From Coriobacteriia bacterium (GTDB taxonomy: Bacteria; Actinomycetota; Coriobacteriia; Coriobacteriales; UBA8131): a stretch of 33,585 nt of DNA. The first letter of the stretch is position 1. The number at the start of each line of letters is the position of its first letter. This document shows, one piece after another, positions 26,138 to 33,585 of the stretch. Below the pieces are notes generated by a model. It searched no databases and was not told where the DNA came from. It saw only the letters and a program-made list of their open reading frames with translations. The stretch spans positions 1 to 33,585 of the forward strand of contig WQXZ01000001.1 in assembly GCA_009781525.1 (NCBI GenBank). The letters are read 5' to 3'. A program made the position numbers and the translations under genes.

Positions 26138-26172
26138 AGCAAGTCAGAAAGCGTGACCAGCTCTCTGACTTG
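26138..26172 (-). terminator. Hairpin downstream of tRNA-Ala (terminator candidate)
   Basis: GCAAGTCAGA (26138-26147) pairs with TCTGACTTGC (26163-26172), a 10-bp perfect stem with a 15-nt loop. It starts 11 nt after the tRNA 3' end on the minus strand and is followed by TTGCATTATT. Confidence 0.5.
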
Positions 26173-26183
26173 CGGAAATTTCT

Positions 26184-26259
26184 TGGTGGAGATGAAGGGA
26201 CTCGAACCCTCGACATCCAGCTTGCAAAGCTGGCGCTCTCCCAGCTGAGCTACATCCCC
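26184..26259 (-). tRNA. tRNA-Ala (anticodon UGC), CCA encoded
   Basis: Minus strand reads GGGGATGTAGCTCAGCTGGGAGAGCGCCAGCTTTGCAAGCTGGATGTCGAGGGTTCGAGTCCCTTCATCTCCACCA. It folds by hand into a cloverleaf: 7-bp acceptor stem with the G3:U70 alanine identity pair, anticodon loop TTTGCAA, T-loop GGTTCGAGTCC. Confidence 0.95.
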
Positions 26260-26375
26260 ACTGAGATTCATGTGCGACTCTGCTGCAGGTCTCAAGCAGA
26301 AAAGGCGCGATGGAATACTACAGCGTAATTCTCAAAACAGGCAAGGTGACAAGGACGAAAAAGGTTTTATCCACA

Positions 26376-29345
26376 TTAACTGTTTTTGATTGTTTCAAGA
26401 ATCAGCTGGCTGGCGGTATTGATTTTGTCCTCACGAATACGGCTTGTGCTGTCATCTTTATTGTGCCAGTACAGTGGGACGCCGTTGCCCATTCCGATCA
26501 GAGAGATGGCTCTGCTTGTTTTACCGAGCACAACCGATCCGTCAGTGTCGAAAGCCGTGAAGGCTATCGGTCCCAGTGGTACGGCTATCTCCTGTGCGGC
26601 TTGAGCGAGGAGGTTTTGCAGGCGTTGGTCGGTTCGGTTGGTCCTGACTGCGCCTTCGAGTATCGTGAAGCAGAGGTCGCCGGCTCCGACTCCCAGAACT
26701 GTGATGAACAGGCTGCCTCTGAGCTGACGATCATGGCGATTCAGGAAGTATTTCACGCCGGTATGGTTGAGCTCGCTTGCACCTGTGGCAACTAACCAAA
26801 CCTCTTTATCGAGCAACTGGGTTGAGAGCGCTTCCAGGCTTTGGGCGTCGTCGTCAAAGTCTGCTCCACCGAAAGCTCCACCGCGCCAGGCGTCGTCGTC
26901 ATCGTCGTTGAAGTTCTCCCAGGAGCCGATCAGTCCGCCTTCTTTTCGAGCTTCGAAGTCGTCATCTACGCCGAGCCAGTTTGAAGGTGAGTCGGTGAGT
27001 TCATCACGCTTGCGATTGCGGCTGAATCGTCCGCCGAGTGATTCGAGGAAAGAACGGTCTTCAGCGCTGGGGCCGGATTCTGATTTCGCAGGCCTTCTTG
27101 AGGCGGGGGGCGTCGGGTCGGGCTCTGCTGCGGATGCCGCGAGCGTCGCGTCAGGCGCCGCGAGCGCAGCCGAACTAGCGCCACCCAACCTGGGAAGCAC
27201 CTCGGGAAGACCTTGCAGGCGAATCAGCGGAGACGCCGGAGAAGACGGCTCCGACGCTGGTGGTCGCAGTAGTGCATCGCTTTCAGCCTGGTCAAGCAGT
27301 GGCAACTGAATCTGTGCAGCCGCAGAGTCGAAAGTCGAATCAAAAGCAGCGTCGAAAGCCGCGTTTGCGGCATCGCGATCCAGGCTTGCGCCCTGGTCGA
27401 AAACACTTATTGCCTCAGATTGCTCGGGAGTGATAAAGCTTGCTGACTGAGTCGGTATAAAGAGAGTCGACTCAGCATTGTCGGACTGAAGAACCGTCGT
27501 AGCCATGCGGTCGATTCCGGACAGGTCAGGTGCTGGTAGTGAACCACGTGAAACGGAAGGCCTTTGCTCCACAGAACTGGATGCAAAGCTGCCGATCAGG
27601 TTGGCAGCTGAGCTGTCGCTTGTGATGTCGCCAGGTTCGCCAAACTGGCTATCCAGAGAACTGCTCCATGATGGTGACGGCAGAATCTCAGAGGTATCAT
27701 CAGCTTCCAGGCTTGCCAGGTTGTTACCTTCCGAGTAACCCTGCAGAGACGGCATAGCCATGGTTTCGAGCGAATCAGCGTCAAATGATTCGCTGATCAA
27801 CCCCTCCACACCTCGGGACGAAGCTGACAGGCTTGAGCCAACCACCTCGCTGCCAAGCGACGCTCCGCCTGGGTTTGCACCGTCGCCAGCCAAATCATCG
27901 CCATCATCAGCAGCGTCACCGCCGGCAGCGCCCCTGCCACCTTGTATCTCTTCAGCCGACATTGGAATGTCAGCGTATCGTGATCGCACAATCTCGCTCT
28001 CTCCCTCACGGCGAGCACGTTGTTCGTTTTTCTTCTCCGCATTCTTACGCGCATTGATAAACCACTCGGGCATGTCCGATTCCGGCTCAGCCTGCGCTTC
28101 CTGTGCAGGCACCTCCTGCAACCAGGCATCCGGCTGCTCCTCGTCTGCACCTTGTGCAAACTCCGCATCAGCTGCCGGTTGTCGGTCAAATACGAATGGA
28201 TTCCTCCGCTCCGTACCCACCTGAACCAGGTTTTCAGCAACCGACTGCGATCCTGCAGCGGAGCTTCCTGGGGATAAAATCCCGCCTCTCTCGGCTGTGA
28301 TCTCGGCCTCACTTGCAGCGCCCTGGCCAGTCCTCGCAGCTCCAGTCACCGCCGCGCTCGCGGCACTCGCAGCACCTGCCGCGCTCGCGCTTGCGATACC
28401 AACCTCTCCAGTCGCGCCAGCGCCCGCGCCAGCGGCGCCCGCAACCGCGGCACCAGCAACGCCCTCGCTGCCCGCAACCGCTACCGCTGCCTCGCCAGCT
28501 TGCTCTTCACGCTGCGCCTCAGGCGATGTCCTCCGGTTCGAAGCCGCTCCCAGGCTGTCGTCACCATTGGTCTGGCGGCGACTACGTCCCCTGTCGCTTG
28601 AAACATCGGCCAACGAACTCATCGCTCCCTGTGAAGAGAGCATCTCAGCCAAACGATATAGTGTTGCCACACCAGAGGCGTTATTATTCGCTCCCTTTTG
28701 CATCGGGCCAAACAAGCCAACCAACAAGCACACCAGAGCAATCGCAACGACAGCTGCAGCTGCCAATAACACATAGCCAGCAACCGTTATAACTATCTCT
28801 GGCAGTATGGTAATCATCAATAAAATCTCAGAAATCAGCACCAGCGCCAGCACCGCCCACAGTATGAAGTGAAATATCTTCTGGCGCTTGGCGATAAAGG
28901 GAAGGGCCTCAACACCACTACGCGCTGTATCGTAGTGCGCCATAACCACTACCTTGCGCGGACGATCAGAACCAATGCTCCCGGTTGGAATATACCGAGC
29001 CACCACATTCTGACTGAGCCTGGTTGGCAGCAGGCGGTGAATCGGATTCAGATTGAATAGCTCAAGCACAACGATAATCAAGCCAAGCAGCACAACTATC
29101 AGCCAGGCTATCTGCAGCTTGGGCACAAAGTGAGTGAGCAATGCTCCGGCAACTATCAGAACATAGCCAACCAAAGAAAACCACTGCGTGAAGGGATAAA
29201 CATCGAACTCCTCTACCTGCACTGGCAACCCAAGCTCCTCAAAACGAGCTGCTATCAGTTCTGATGCCTGGTATTCACCCTCAGAACCAGCTAAACGAGA
29301 GCCAATACCCTCGACCAAATCATCTACATAATCTATAACCGACAC
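26376..29345 (-). CDS. M28-peptidase-like polytopic membrane protein with a ~550-aa intrinsically disordered insert (possibly catalytically degenerate)
   Basis: Start chosen at GTG 29343-29345 (MSVIDYVDDLVEGIGSRLAGSEGEY...) because AGGAGGG lies 6 nt upstream; the track ORF begins 24 nt earlier. M28-like blocks: VVVMAHYDTARSG, GANNNASGVATLYRLAEML, and C-terminal LVATGASELNHTGVKYFL and FITVLGVGAGDL. Several hydrophobic helices lie between the blocks. From about aa 240 to 790 the sequence is Ala/Ser/Gly/Glu/Asp-rich low complexity. Confidence 0.7.
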   Translation of the reverse strand: MSVIDYVDDLVEGIGSRLAGSEGEYQASELIAARFEELGLPVQVEEFDVYPFTQWFSLVGYVLIVAGALLTHFVPKLQIAWLIVVLLGLIIVVLELFNLNPIHRLLPTRLSQNVVARYIPTGSIGSDRPRKVVVMAHYDTARSGVEALPFIAKRQKIFHFILWAVLALVLISEILLMITILPEIVITVAGYVLLAAAAVVAIALVCLLVGLFGPMQKGANNNASGVATLYRLAEMLSSQGAMSSLADVSSDRGRSRRQTNGDDSLGAASNRRTSPEAQREEQAGEAAVAVAGSEGVAGAAVAGAAGAGAGATGEVGIASASAAGAASAASAAVTGAARTGQGAASEAEITAERGGILSPGSSAAGSQSVAENLVQVGTERRNPFVFDRQPAADAEFAQGADEEQPDAWLQEVPAQEAQAEPESDMPEWFINARKNAEKKNEQRARREGESEIVRSRYADIPMSAEEIQGGRGAAGGDAADDGDDLAGDGANPGGASLGSEVVGSSLSASSRGVEGLISESFDADSLETMAMPSLQGYSEGNNLASLEADDTSEILPSPSWSSSLDSQFGEPGDITSDSSAANLIGSFASSSVEQRPSVSRGSLPAPDLSGIDRMATTVLQSDNAESTLFIPTQSASFITPEQSEAISVFDQGASLDRDAANAAFDAAFDSTFDSAAAQIQLPLLDQAESDALLRPPASEPSSPASPLIRLQGLPEVLPRLGGASSAALAAPDATLAASAAEPDPTPPASRRPAKSESGPSAEDRSFLESLGGRFSRNRKRDELTDSPSNWLGVDDDFEARKEGGLIGSWENFNDDDDDAWRGGAFGGADFDDDAQSLEALSTQLLDKEVWLVATGASELNHTGVKYFLNRHDRQLRGSLFITVLGVGAGDLCFTILEGAVRTNRTDQRLQNLLAQAAQEIAVPLGPIAFTAFDTDGSVVLGKTSRAISLIGMGNGVPLYWHNKDDSTSRIREDKINTASQLILETIKNS

Positions 29346-29559
29346 TATAATCCCTCCTGGTGGGCGCACGGTCTTCTACGACTCAGGCAAGCAATCATCC
29401 GGCTTGCATAGCAACTTTAGCGCTTTGCACCACTGCATCAGCTGATCACAGGCAATTCGTTACTTTCATTGATCTACATTATAAAGCAACAATAAGTTGC
29501 ACTACTGTCACCGTTGCTATGCAGAGGCTATGCAACAACCAACAATCGCACACCGTAAG

Positions 29560-31566
29560 CTACCGATGCCCATTGTTCTCGCGCCATTCACGCAGCATCG
29601 CATCAACGTCGACTACCTTGTCATGCAGCCGACTGTACTCATCAAACGAATCCATGATCCTCTCGTTGTAAGCATCGATAATCAACGACAGCGGATCATC
29701 CGGAATCAACAACGCCAACTCAACAACCTCCGCGTCCTTCGCACGAAACTGATTGTTTAGATCCGTAGCTGTGTTGAAGTCTCTGTCCAATAGCGCATCA
29801 TCAGAAGCAATCGCCAGCTCGCAGGACTCCTTCTTCGCAGCAAGGTAGCTAAATAATGTGGAGAAGTCCACCTCCGGAAATGTGGCACTCGCCCGCACCA
29901 GCGCATCATAGGCTTCATCCAGCTTGACCAGAGCTTCCTGGTTCAAGTCACGCGCTCGGGTGATCTGGGTTGTCCCACCACTCGTGATGGTGCTGACAGC
30001 CTCACGCATCAACGAATCAGCTGCCAGAATAGCCTCCCAAGCTGCATCCAGCTCCAGGGCACAGTTCATCGCGTCGATATCTGCCTGTATCAGCAGTATG
30101 CCGAATGCAAGCATCTGCTTCTTATATATTGCGTCATCGATGGTGTTCTGAGCCGCTTCTTGCCCCTCGATATCATCGAACATCGGCATCGCTTCTTCTG
30201 CTTTTGCTATCGCTGAATCTAAAATAAGAATAGCTCCAGTCGCCTGCACGATCAGGCTCTCCAACTCGGGAACCGAGTCAGCAGTAACCTGGCTATCCAG
30301 TGCCTTGTCCATTACCACTAGAACAGCATCCGCTTCCTGTACAAAAGCCAATGCTTCCATCAAGGTCGAGACTGCATCCTCATATTTTTGTTGAGCAACA
30401 GCTTGCAGCCTTACCTCAGTTGTACGGATATATAACGTCAACACGCCAGTCAGAACAATCAGAATAGCAAAGGCGGTCAATACCAGTGGCCAGATGAGAA
30501 TCGGTCTTTCATCCTCATCGTCATCGAGGTAGTACTCCTCCAGGTCATACCAGTCTTCTTCAATATCATCCAACCACTCGCTGTCAGCATCCTCCAGGTC
30601 GCGTTGCGAATAGTAGTCAGACCAGCCTATACCCAGGCTGCGTCTTGGTCGGGGTTCAACCAGAGCCTCTTCTTGGGCAAGTGCAAACTCTCCCAGCTCT
30701 TCTCCAGGCTCGGTGCCACGCACACTGCGCATATCGCCACCGTGCACCGCTTCGGCATCCTGTACCTCTCCGACAAAGGATGGCCACCCGCTACCTGCTT
30801 CAGTCAGAGGTTCAAAGTCACCGATGTAAGACGTCTCATACTGCAACTCATCGAACAGCAGCTCGCTGCCAAACCCGAGCGGCTCAGCATGTTCATCAGC
30901 ATAGTCATGCTGAGTGCCTGCCCAGAAAGCATCTGTTTCGGCCTCGGACAGCCTCTCTTCTCGCCTGTTCAGGCGCTCTGGCATGTCGATTTTCGACCCG
31001 CTCAACAGGCTGGATAAAATCGATGCTAACTCATCAGAACTATAGCTATCATCAGACTCGGTGCCGACCTCTGCACCTTTATCTATACCGACATCCAGCT
31101 CGACATCTGATGCAATAGCTTCAGCAAAGGCGATGTCTCGCTCGGCTGCCACCTCATCAAATGCATAGCGTCCAATAGGCAGAGCCTGCTCAACATGCTG
31201 TTCAGCACCTACCTCTGGCGACTGAGAATCGGTAACAACTGGACTAAAATCATCTGTCTCAACAAATTCGACGACTGAATAGTTAATCCGATTTGAGCTA
31301 CGTCTACCGGTTCGATTAGTCCGTGAATCCTGCCGGGATCGCGTGGATGAACCCGAACGACGGCTACGGTTCCTAGAAGACTCTTCCGTCTCTGTTCGGC
31401 TAACCCGACCAGCTGTCGAACGCGCAACCCTGCCACTACTTGCACGACGGGATCGACTGCTGCGATCCGAGCTATCAAGCTCCCCGCCAGTATTGGTTGC
31501 CGAGCCCTCATGCTCAGCCGGTTCTGTAGCTCTGCTTAAATCTGTCTTATGCGAGTCATCACTCAT
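29560..31566 (-). CDS. Hypothetical single-pass membrane protein: Ser/Arg-rich disordered N-terminus, acidic region, TM helix, ~290-aa alpha-helical C-terminal domain
   Basis: ATG at 31564-31566 (MSDDSHKTDL...) lies 13 nt after the purA TGA; the track ORF starts at a TTG 9 nt upstream. RSSRSRRASSGRVARSTAGRVSRTETEESSRNRSRRSGSSTRSRQDSRTNRTGRRS. TM helix ILIWPLVLTAFAILIVLTGVLTLYI. The C-terminal part is helical and repetitive (A/E/D/L-rich). No family recognised. Confidence 0.7.
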   Translation of the reverse strand: MSDDSHKTDLSRATEPAEHEGSATNTGGELDSSDRSSRSRRASSGRVARSTAGRVSRTETEESSRNRSRRSGSSTRSRQDSRTNRTGRRSSNRINYSVVEFVETDDFSPVVTDSQSPEVGAEQHVEQALPIGRYAFDEVAAERDIAFAEAIASDVELDVGIDKGAEVGTESDDSYSSDELASILSSLLSGSKIDMPERLNRREERLSEAETDAFWAGTQHDYADEHAEPLGFGSELLFDELQYETSYIGDFEPLTEAGSGWPSFVGEVQDAEAVHGGDMRSVRGTEPGEELGEFALAQEEALVEPRPRRSLGIGWSDYYSQRDLEDADSEWLDDIEEDWYDLEEYYLDDDEDERPILIWPLVLTAFAILIVLTGVLTLYIRTTEVRLQAVAQQKYEDAVSTLMEALAFVQEADAVLVVMDKALDSQVTADSVPELESLIVQATGAILILDSAIAKAEEAMPMFDDIEGQEAAQNTIDDAIYKKQMLAFGILLIQADIDAMNCALELDAAWEAILAADSLMREAVSTITSGGTTQITRARDLNQEALVKLDEAYDALVRASATFPEVDFSTLFSYLAAKKESCELAIASDDALLDRDFNTATDLNNQFRAKDAEVVELALLIPDDPLSLIIDAYNERIMDSFDEYSRLHDKVVDVDAMLREWRENNGHR

Positions 31567-31579
31567 AAGGCTCAATCGG

Positions 31580-32866
31580 TCAGAGCGACTGCCATCCTCG
31601 CATTATCGTTTGCCCCCGCTCCGGACCAACCGAGACAATGGTCACCGGTACGCCAGCCAGCTCTTCCAGGCGCTCCAGATAGTTGCGTGCTTCGATAGGC
31701 AGATCCTCATAACGCTTAACTGCTGAGATATCCGTTTCCCAACCTGGCATCTCCTCATAAACCGGAACCGCTCTCTCCAACAGAGACTGCGAGCCAGGCA
31801 AAGTAGTATACGATTGGCCATCTATTTCATAGGCAACACAGATCTTGATCTTATCCAGAAATCCTAAAACATCTAACTTGGTAATGCACAGATCGGTAAG
31901 GCCGTTGACCATTGCGGCGTAGCGGGTGATCACCGAATCGTGCCATCCGCAGCGGCGCATACGTCCGGTCGTGGTGCCGAACTCACCGCCGATCTCAACC
32001 ATTTTCGCACCGATGTCGTCGTCGAGCTCGGTTGGAAACGGCCCCGAGCCAACCCTGGTGATGTAGGCTTTTGCCACACCGAGGATCTTCTTGACCGCCA
32101 TCGGTCCGACTCCGGTGCCTGTGATGGCTCCGCCTGCCGTGCAGTTCGATGAGGTCACATAGGGATAGGTGCCGTGGTCGATGTCAAGCAGCGTACCCTG
32201 CGCGCCTTCGAACAGTACCTTGCGACCGGCAGCCAGCTCGCTATTCAACAGCAAAGCCGTATCAGTAATATATGGAGTAACTCTCGTTGCCATTTCCAGG
32301 TACTCTGCGCAAACCATGTCGGCATCGATGGGTTCTTCTTCATATAAGTTAGTCAAAATGGCATTGGCAGTCTCAAGTGAGGCGGCTACCTTTGCGCGGA
32401 AGAGGTTGGGATCAAGCAGGTCTTGCATGCGGATACCGTTGCGCGCTGCCTTGTGCTCATAGGTCGGGCCGATTCCGCGGCGGGTGGTTCCTATCTCGCT
32501 CGCGCCACGCTGGATCTCGCTGGCACCGTCGAGTGCTATATGCCACGGCATGATGATGTGTGCGTTGCCGCTGATCTGCAGGCGATCGGTCGAGAAGCCA
32601 GCGGCGGCGAGAGTGTCGATTTCTTTTAGCAGAACCTTGAGGTCAAGGACGCATCCATTGGCGATGACCGGAATCACCTGGGGATACATGATGCCAGAAG
32701 GTACCAGATGTAGTGCCAAGGTGATGTCACCATGCACCACTGTGTGTCCGGCGTTGTTTCCTCCCTGATAGCGAACTACGTAGTCGAAGTCCGGTGCAAT
32801 CAGGTCGGTTATCTTGCCTTTGCCCTCGTCGCCCCATTGGGCGCCAACCAAAACGGTTCCTGCCAT
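31580..32866 (-). CDS. purA: Adenylosuccinate synthetase
   Basis: MAGTVLVGAQWGDEGKGKITD (P-loop), YQGGNNAGHTV, GTTRRGIGPTYEHK, TTGRMRRCGW. Start at ATG 32864-32866 with GAGAAGG upstream. The 19 extra residues in the track ORF were rejected. Confidence 0.95.
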   Translation of the reverse strand: MAGTVLVGAQWGDEGKGKITDLIAPDFDYVVRYQGGNNAGHTVVHGDITLALHLVPSGIMYPQVIPVIANGCVLDLKVLLKEIDTLAAAGFSTDRLQISGNAHIIMPWHIALDGASEIQRGASEIGTTRRGIGPTYEHKAARNGIRMQDLLDPNLFRAKVAASLETANAILTNLYEEEPIDADMVCAEYLEMATRVTPYITDTALLLNSELAAGRKVLFEGAQGTLLDIDHGTYPYVTSSNCTAGGAITGTGVGPMAVKKILGVAKAYITRVGSGPFPTELDDDIGAKMVEIGGEFGTTTGRMRRCGWHDSVITRYAAMVNGLTDLCITKLDVLGFLDKIKICVAYEIDGQSYTTLPGSQSLLERAVPVYEEMPGWETDISAVKRYEDLPIEARNYLERLEELAGVPVTIVSVGPERGQTIMRGWQSL

Positions 32867-33031
32867 CTTAAAACCTTCTCTCGTAAAGCCATTCGCTATT
32901 TGCCTGGTGCTGCCGAAATGCAAAAGCCTGGCTTAGTTCCATTGCTCAAGACATAAATCATTATGAAAAACACCCGATAAGTATACAAGGTGTCAGCTGA
33001 TTCTAGTAGGTTGATTGCCATTTCGATTGCT

Positions 33032-33136
33032 GCGTGGGCGGAGGCGGGTGGGTAATTGGGGGCGCGAGACGTGGCGCGTGGGTGGAGGCGGGTGGGTGAT
33101 TGGGGGCGCGAGACGTGGCGCGTGGGCGGTGGGCTG
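33032..33136 (+). repeat. 44-bp G-rich tandem repeat, 2 full copies plus a partial third, each full copy carrying a canonical G-quadruplex motif
   Basis: 33032-33075 and 33076-33119 differ at 2 positions (GCGTGGG[CT]GGAGGCGGGTGGGT[AG]ATTGGGGGCGCGAGACGTGGC). A partial copy runs from 33120 to ~33136. GGG-N7-GGG-N1-GGG-N5-GGGGG sits on the plus strand, ~170-270 bp upstream of purA. Confidence 0.85.
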
Positions 33137-33421
33137 TCACTTGATTTCGTGGCATTCAGCTCATCCATCAACCTACCCTCTGCCTCCACGACTCCTCCAT
33201 TGTCAACCTCGCCACCCAGCCTCCCTTACTCTCAACCCACCTACACCAGCAGCTCAGCAGCACCCTGCAGCACTTGAACCTCGCGGCTCAGCGACCGCGA
33301 CCTTCGAAACCGCTACACCCGCAACCCCATGCTGTCTGCCCGCAGCACCCTGCAAACGCCGAAACACCGAAGACGCACCCGAAACCCCCGAAACCGCAGC
33401 CAATTTCAGCTTTCAGCCGTC

Positions 33422-33578
33422 TTCTGCAACTTTTTTACGGTTGGGCGCCAAAAAAGCGCTCCGAAAGCACCATTCTCTGTGGCATATGCAACCGTTTTGT
33501 GGCATTTACCACATTTCTGTTGCATATGCAACGTAAAATGAGGCATTTCTGGCGCCCAACCGTAAAAAAGTTGCAGAA
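33422..33578. repeat. Long inverted-repeat element E2: 29-bp perfect arms (33422-33450 / 33550-33578) around a 99-bp spacer, at the right window edge
   Basis: TTCTGCAACTTTTTTACGGTTGGGCGCCA and its exact reverse complement. The spacer holds two direct copies of GCATATGCAAC (33482 and 33522), each containing the palindrome GCATATGC, plus a small TGTGG...CCACA hairpin. Confidence 0.9.
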
Positions 33579-33585
33579 AACAGTG

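Noticed and set aside
26767-28792. Many 60-180-aa ORFs on both strands (e.g. 26767-27309, 27760-28224, 28297-28776, 27797-28312)
   Set aside because: All overlap the low-complexity insert of the M28-like gene. GC-rich, stop-poor repetitive DNA yields open frames in several phases, and only the 989-aa frame links recognisable M28 blocks.
33015-33536. 173-aa plus-strand ORF and the overlapping ORFs at 33056-33277 and 32896-33189
   Set aside because: They span the G-rich tandem repeat, the C-rich tract and the E2 arm. The translation is Gly/Arg/Trp then Pro/Ala low complexity, there is no SD, and one of them overlaps the purA start.

Overview
Chromosomal window with every credible gene except rlmN on the minus strand. 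It probably comes from a Gram-positive anaerobe, possibly Actinomycetota/Coriobacteriia-like; that guess rests only on ribosomal-protein sequence style, moderate GC and sortase-type signals. Housekeeping content: purH, ddl, rlmN, pgi, the alpha ribosomal operon (infA-rpmJ-rpsM-rpsK-rpsD-rpoA-rplQ), tRNA-Ala(UGC) and purA. Accessory content: (i) a >1231-aa adhesin-like gene open to the left window edge and missing from the ORF track, with a small membrane-protein gene upstream. (ii) A three-gene operon (9132-16005) encoding a signal-peptide beta-helix surface protein plus two exported, C-terminally anchored proteins built from 2 and 5 tandem complete rubrerythrin modules. This is the most unusual system here, because rubrerythrins are normally cytoplasmic single-module enzymes. 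(iii) A translationally coupled rubredoxin-helical-rubredoxin protein and ferredoxin-like protein next to infA. (iv) An M28-peptidase-like membrane protein split by TM helices and a ~550-aa disordered insert, and a Ser/Arg-rich single-pass membrane protein placed 13 nt after purA. (v) A DUF559-type gene in a visibly AT-richer pocket. The three largest non-coding gaps each hold one long, internally perfect inverted repeat (29-49 bp arms, 99-115 bp spacer). One lies upstream of the poly-rubrerythrin operon, so these are candidate invertible or structured elements. No CRISPR array, rRNA, transposase, integrase or recombinase gene was seen.
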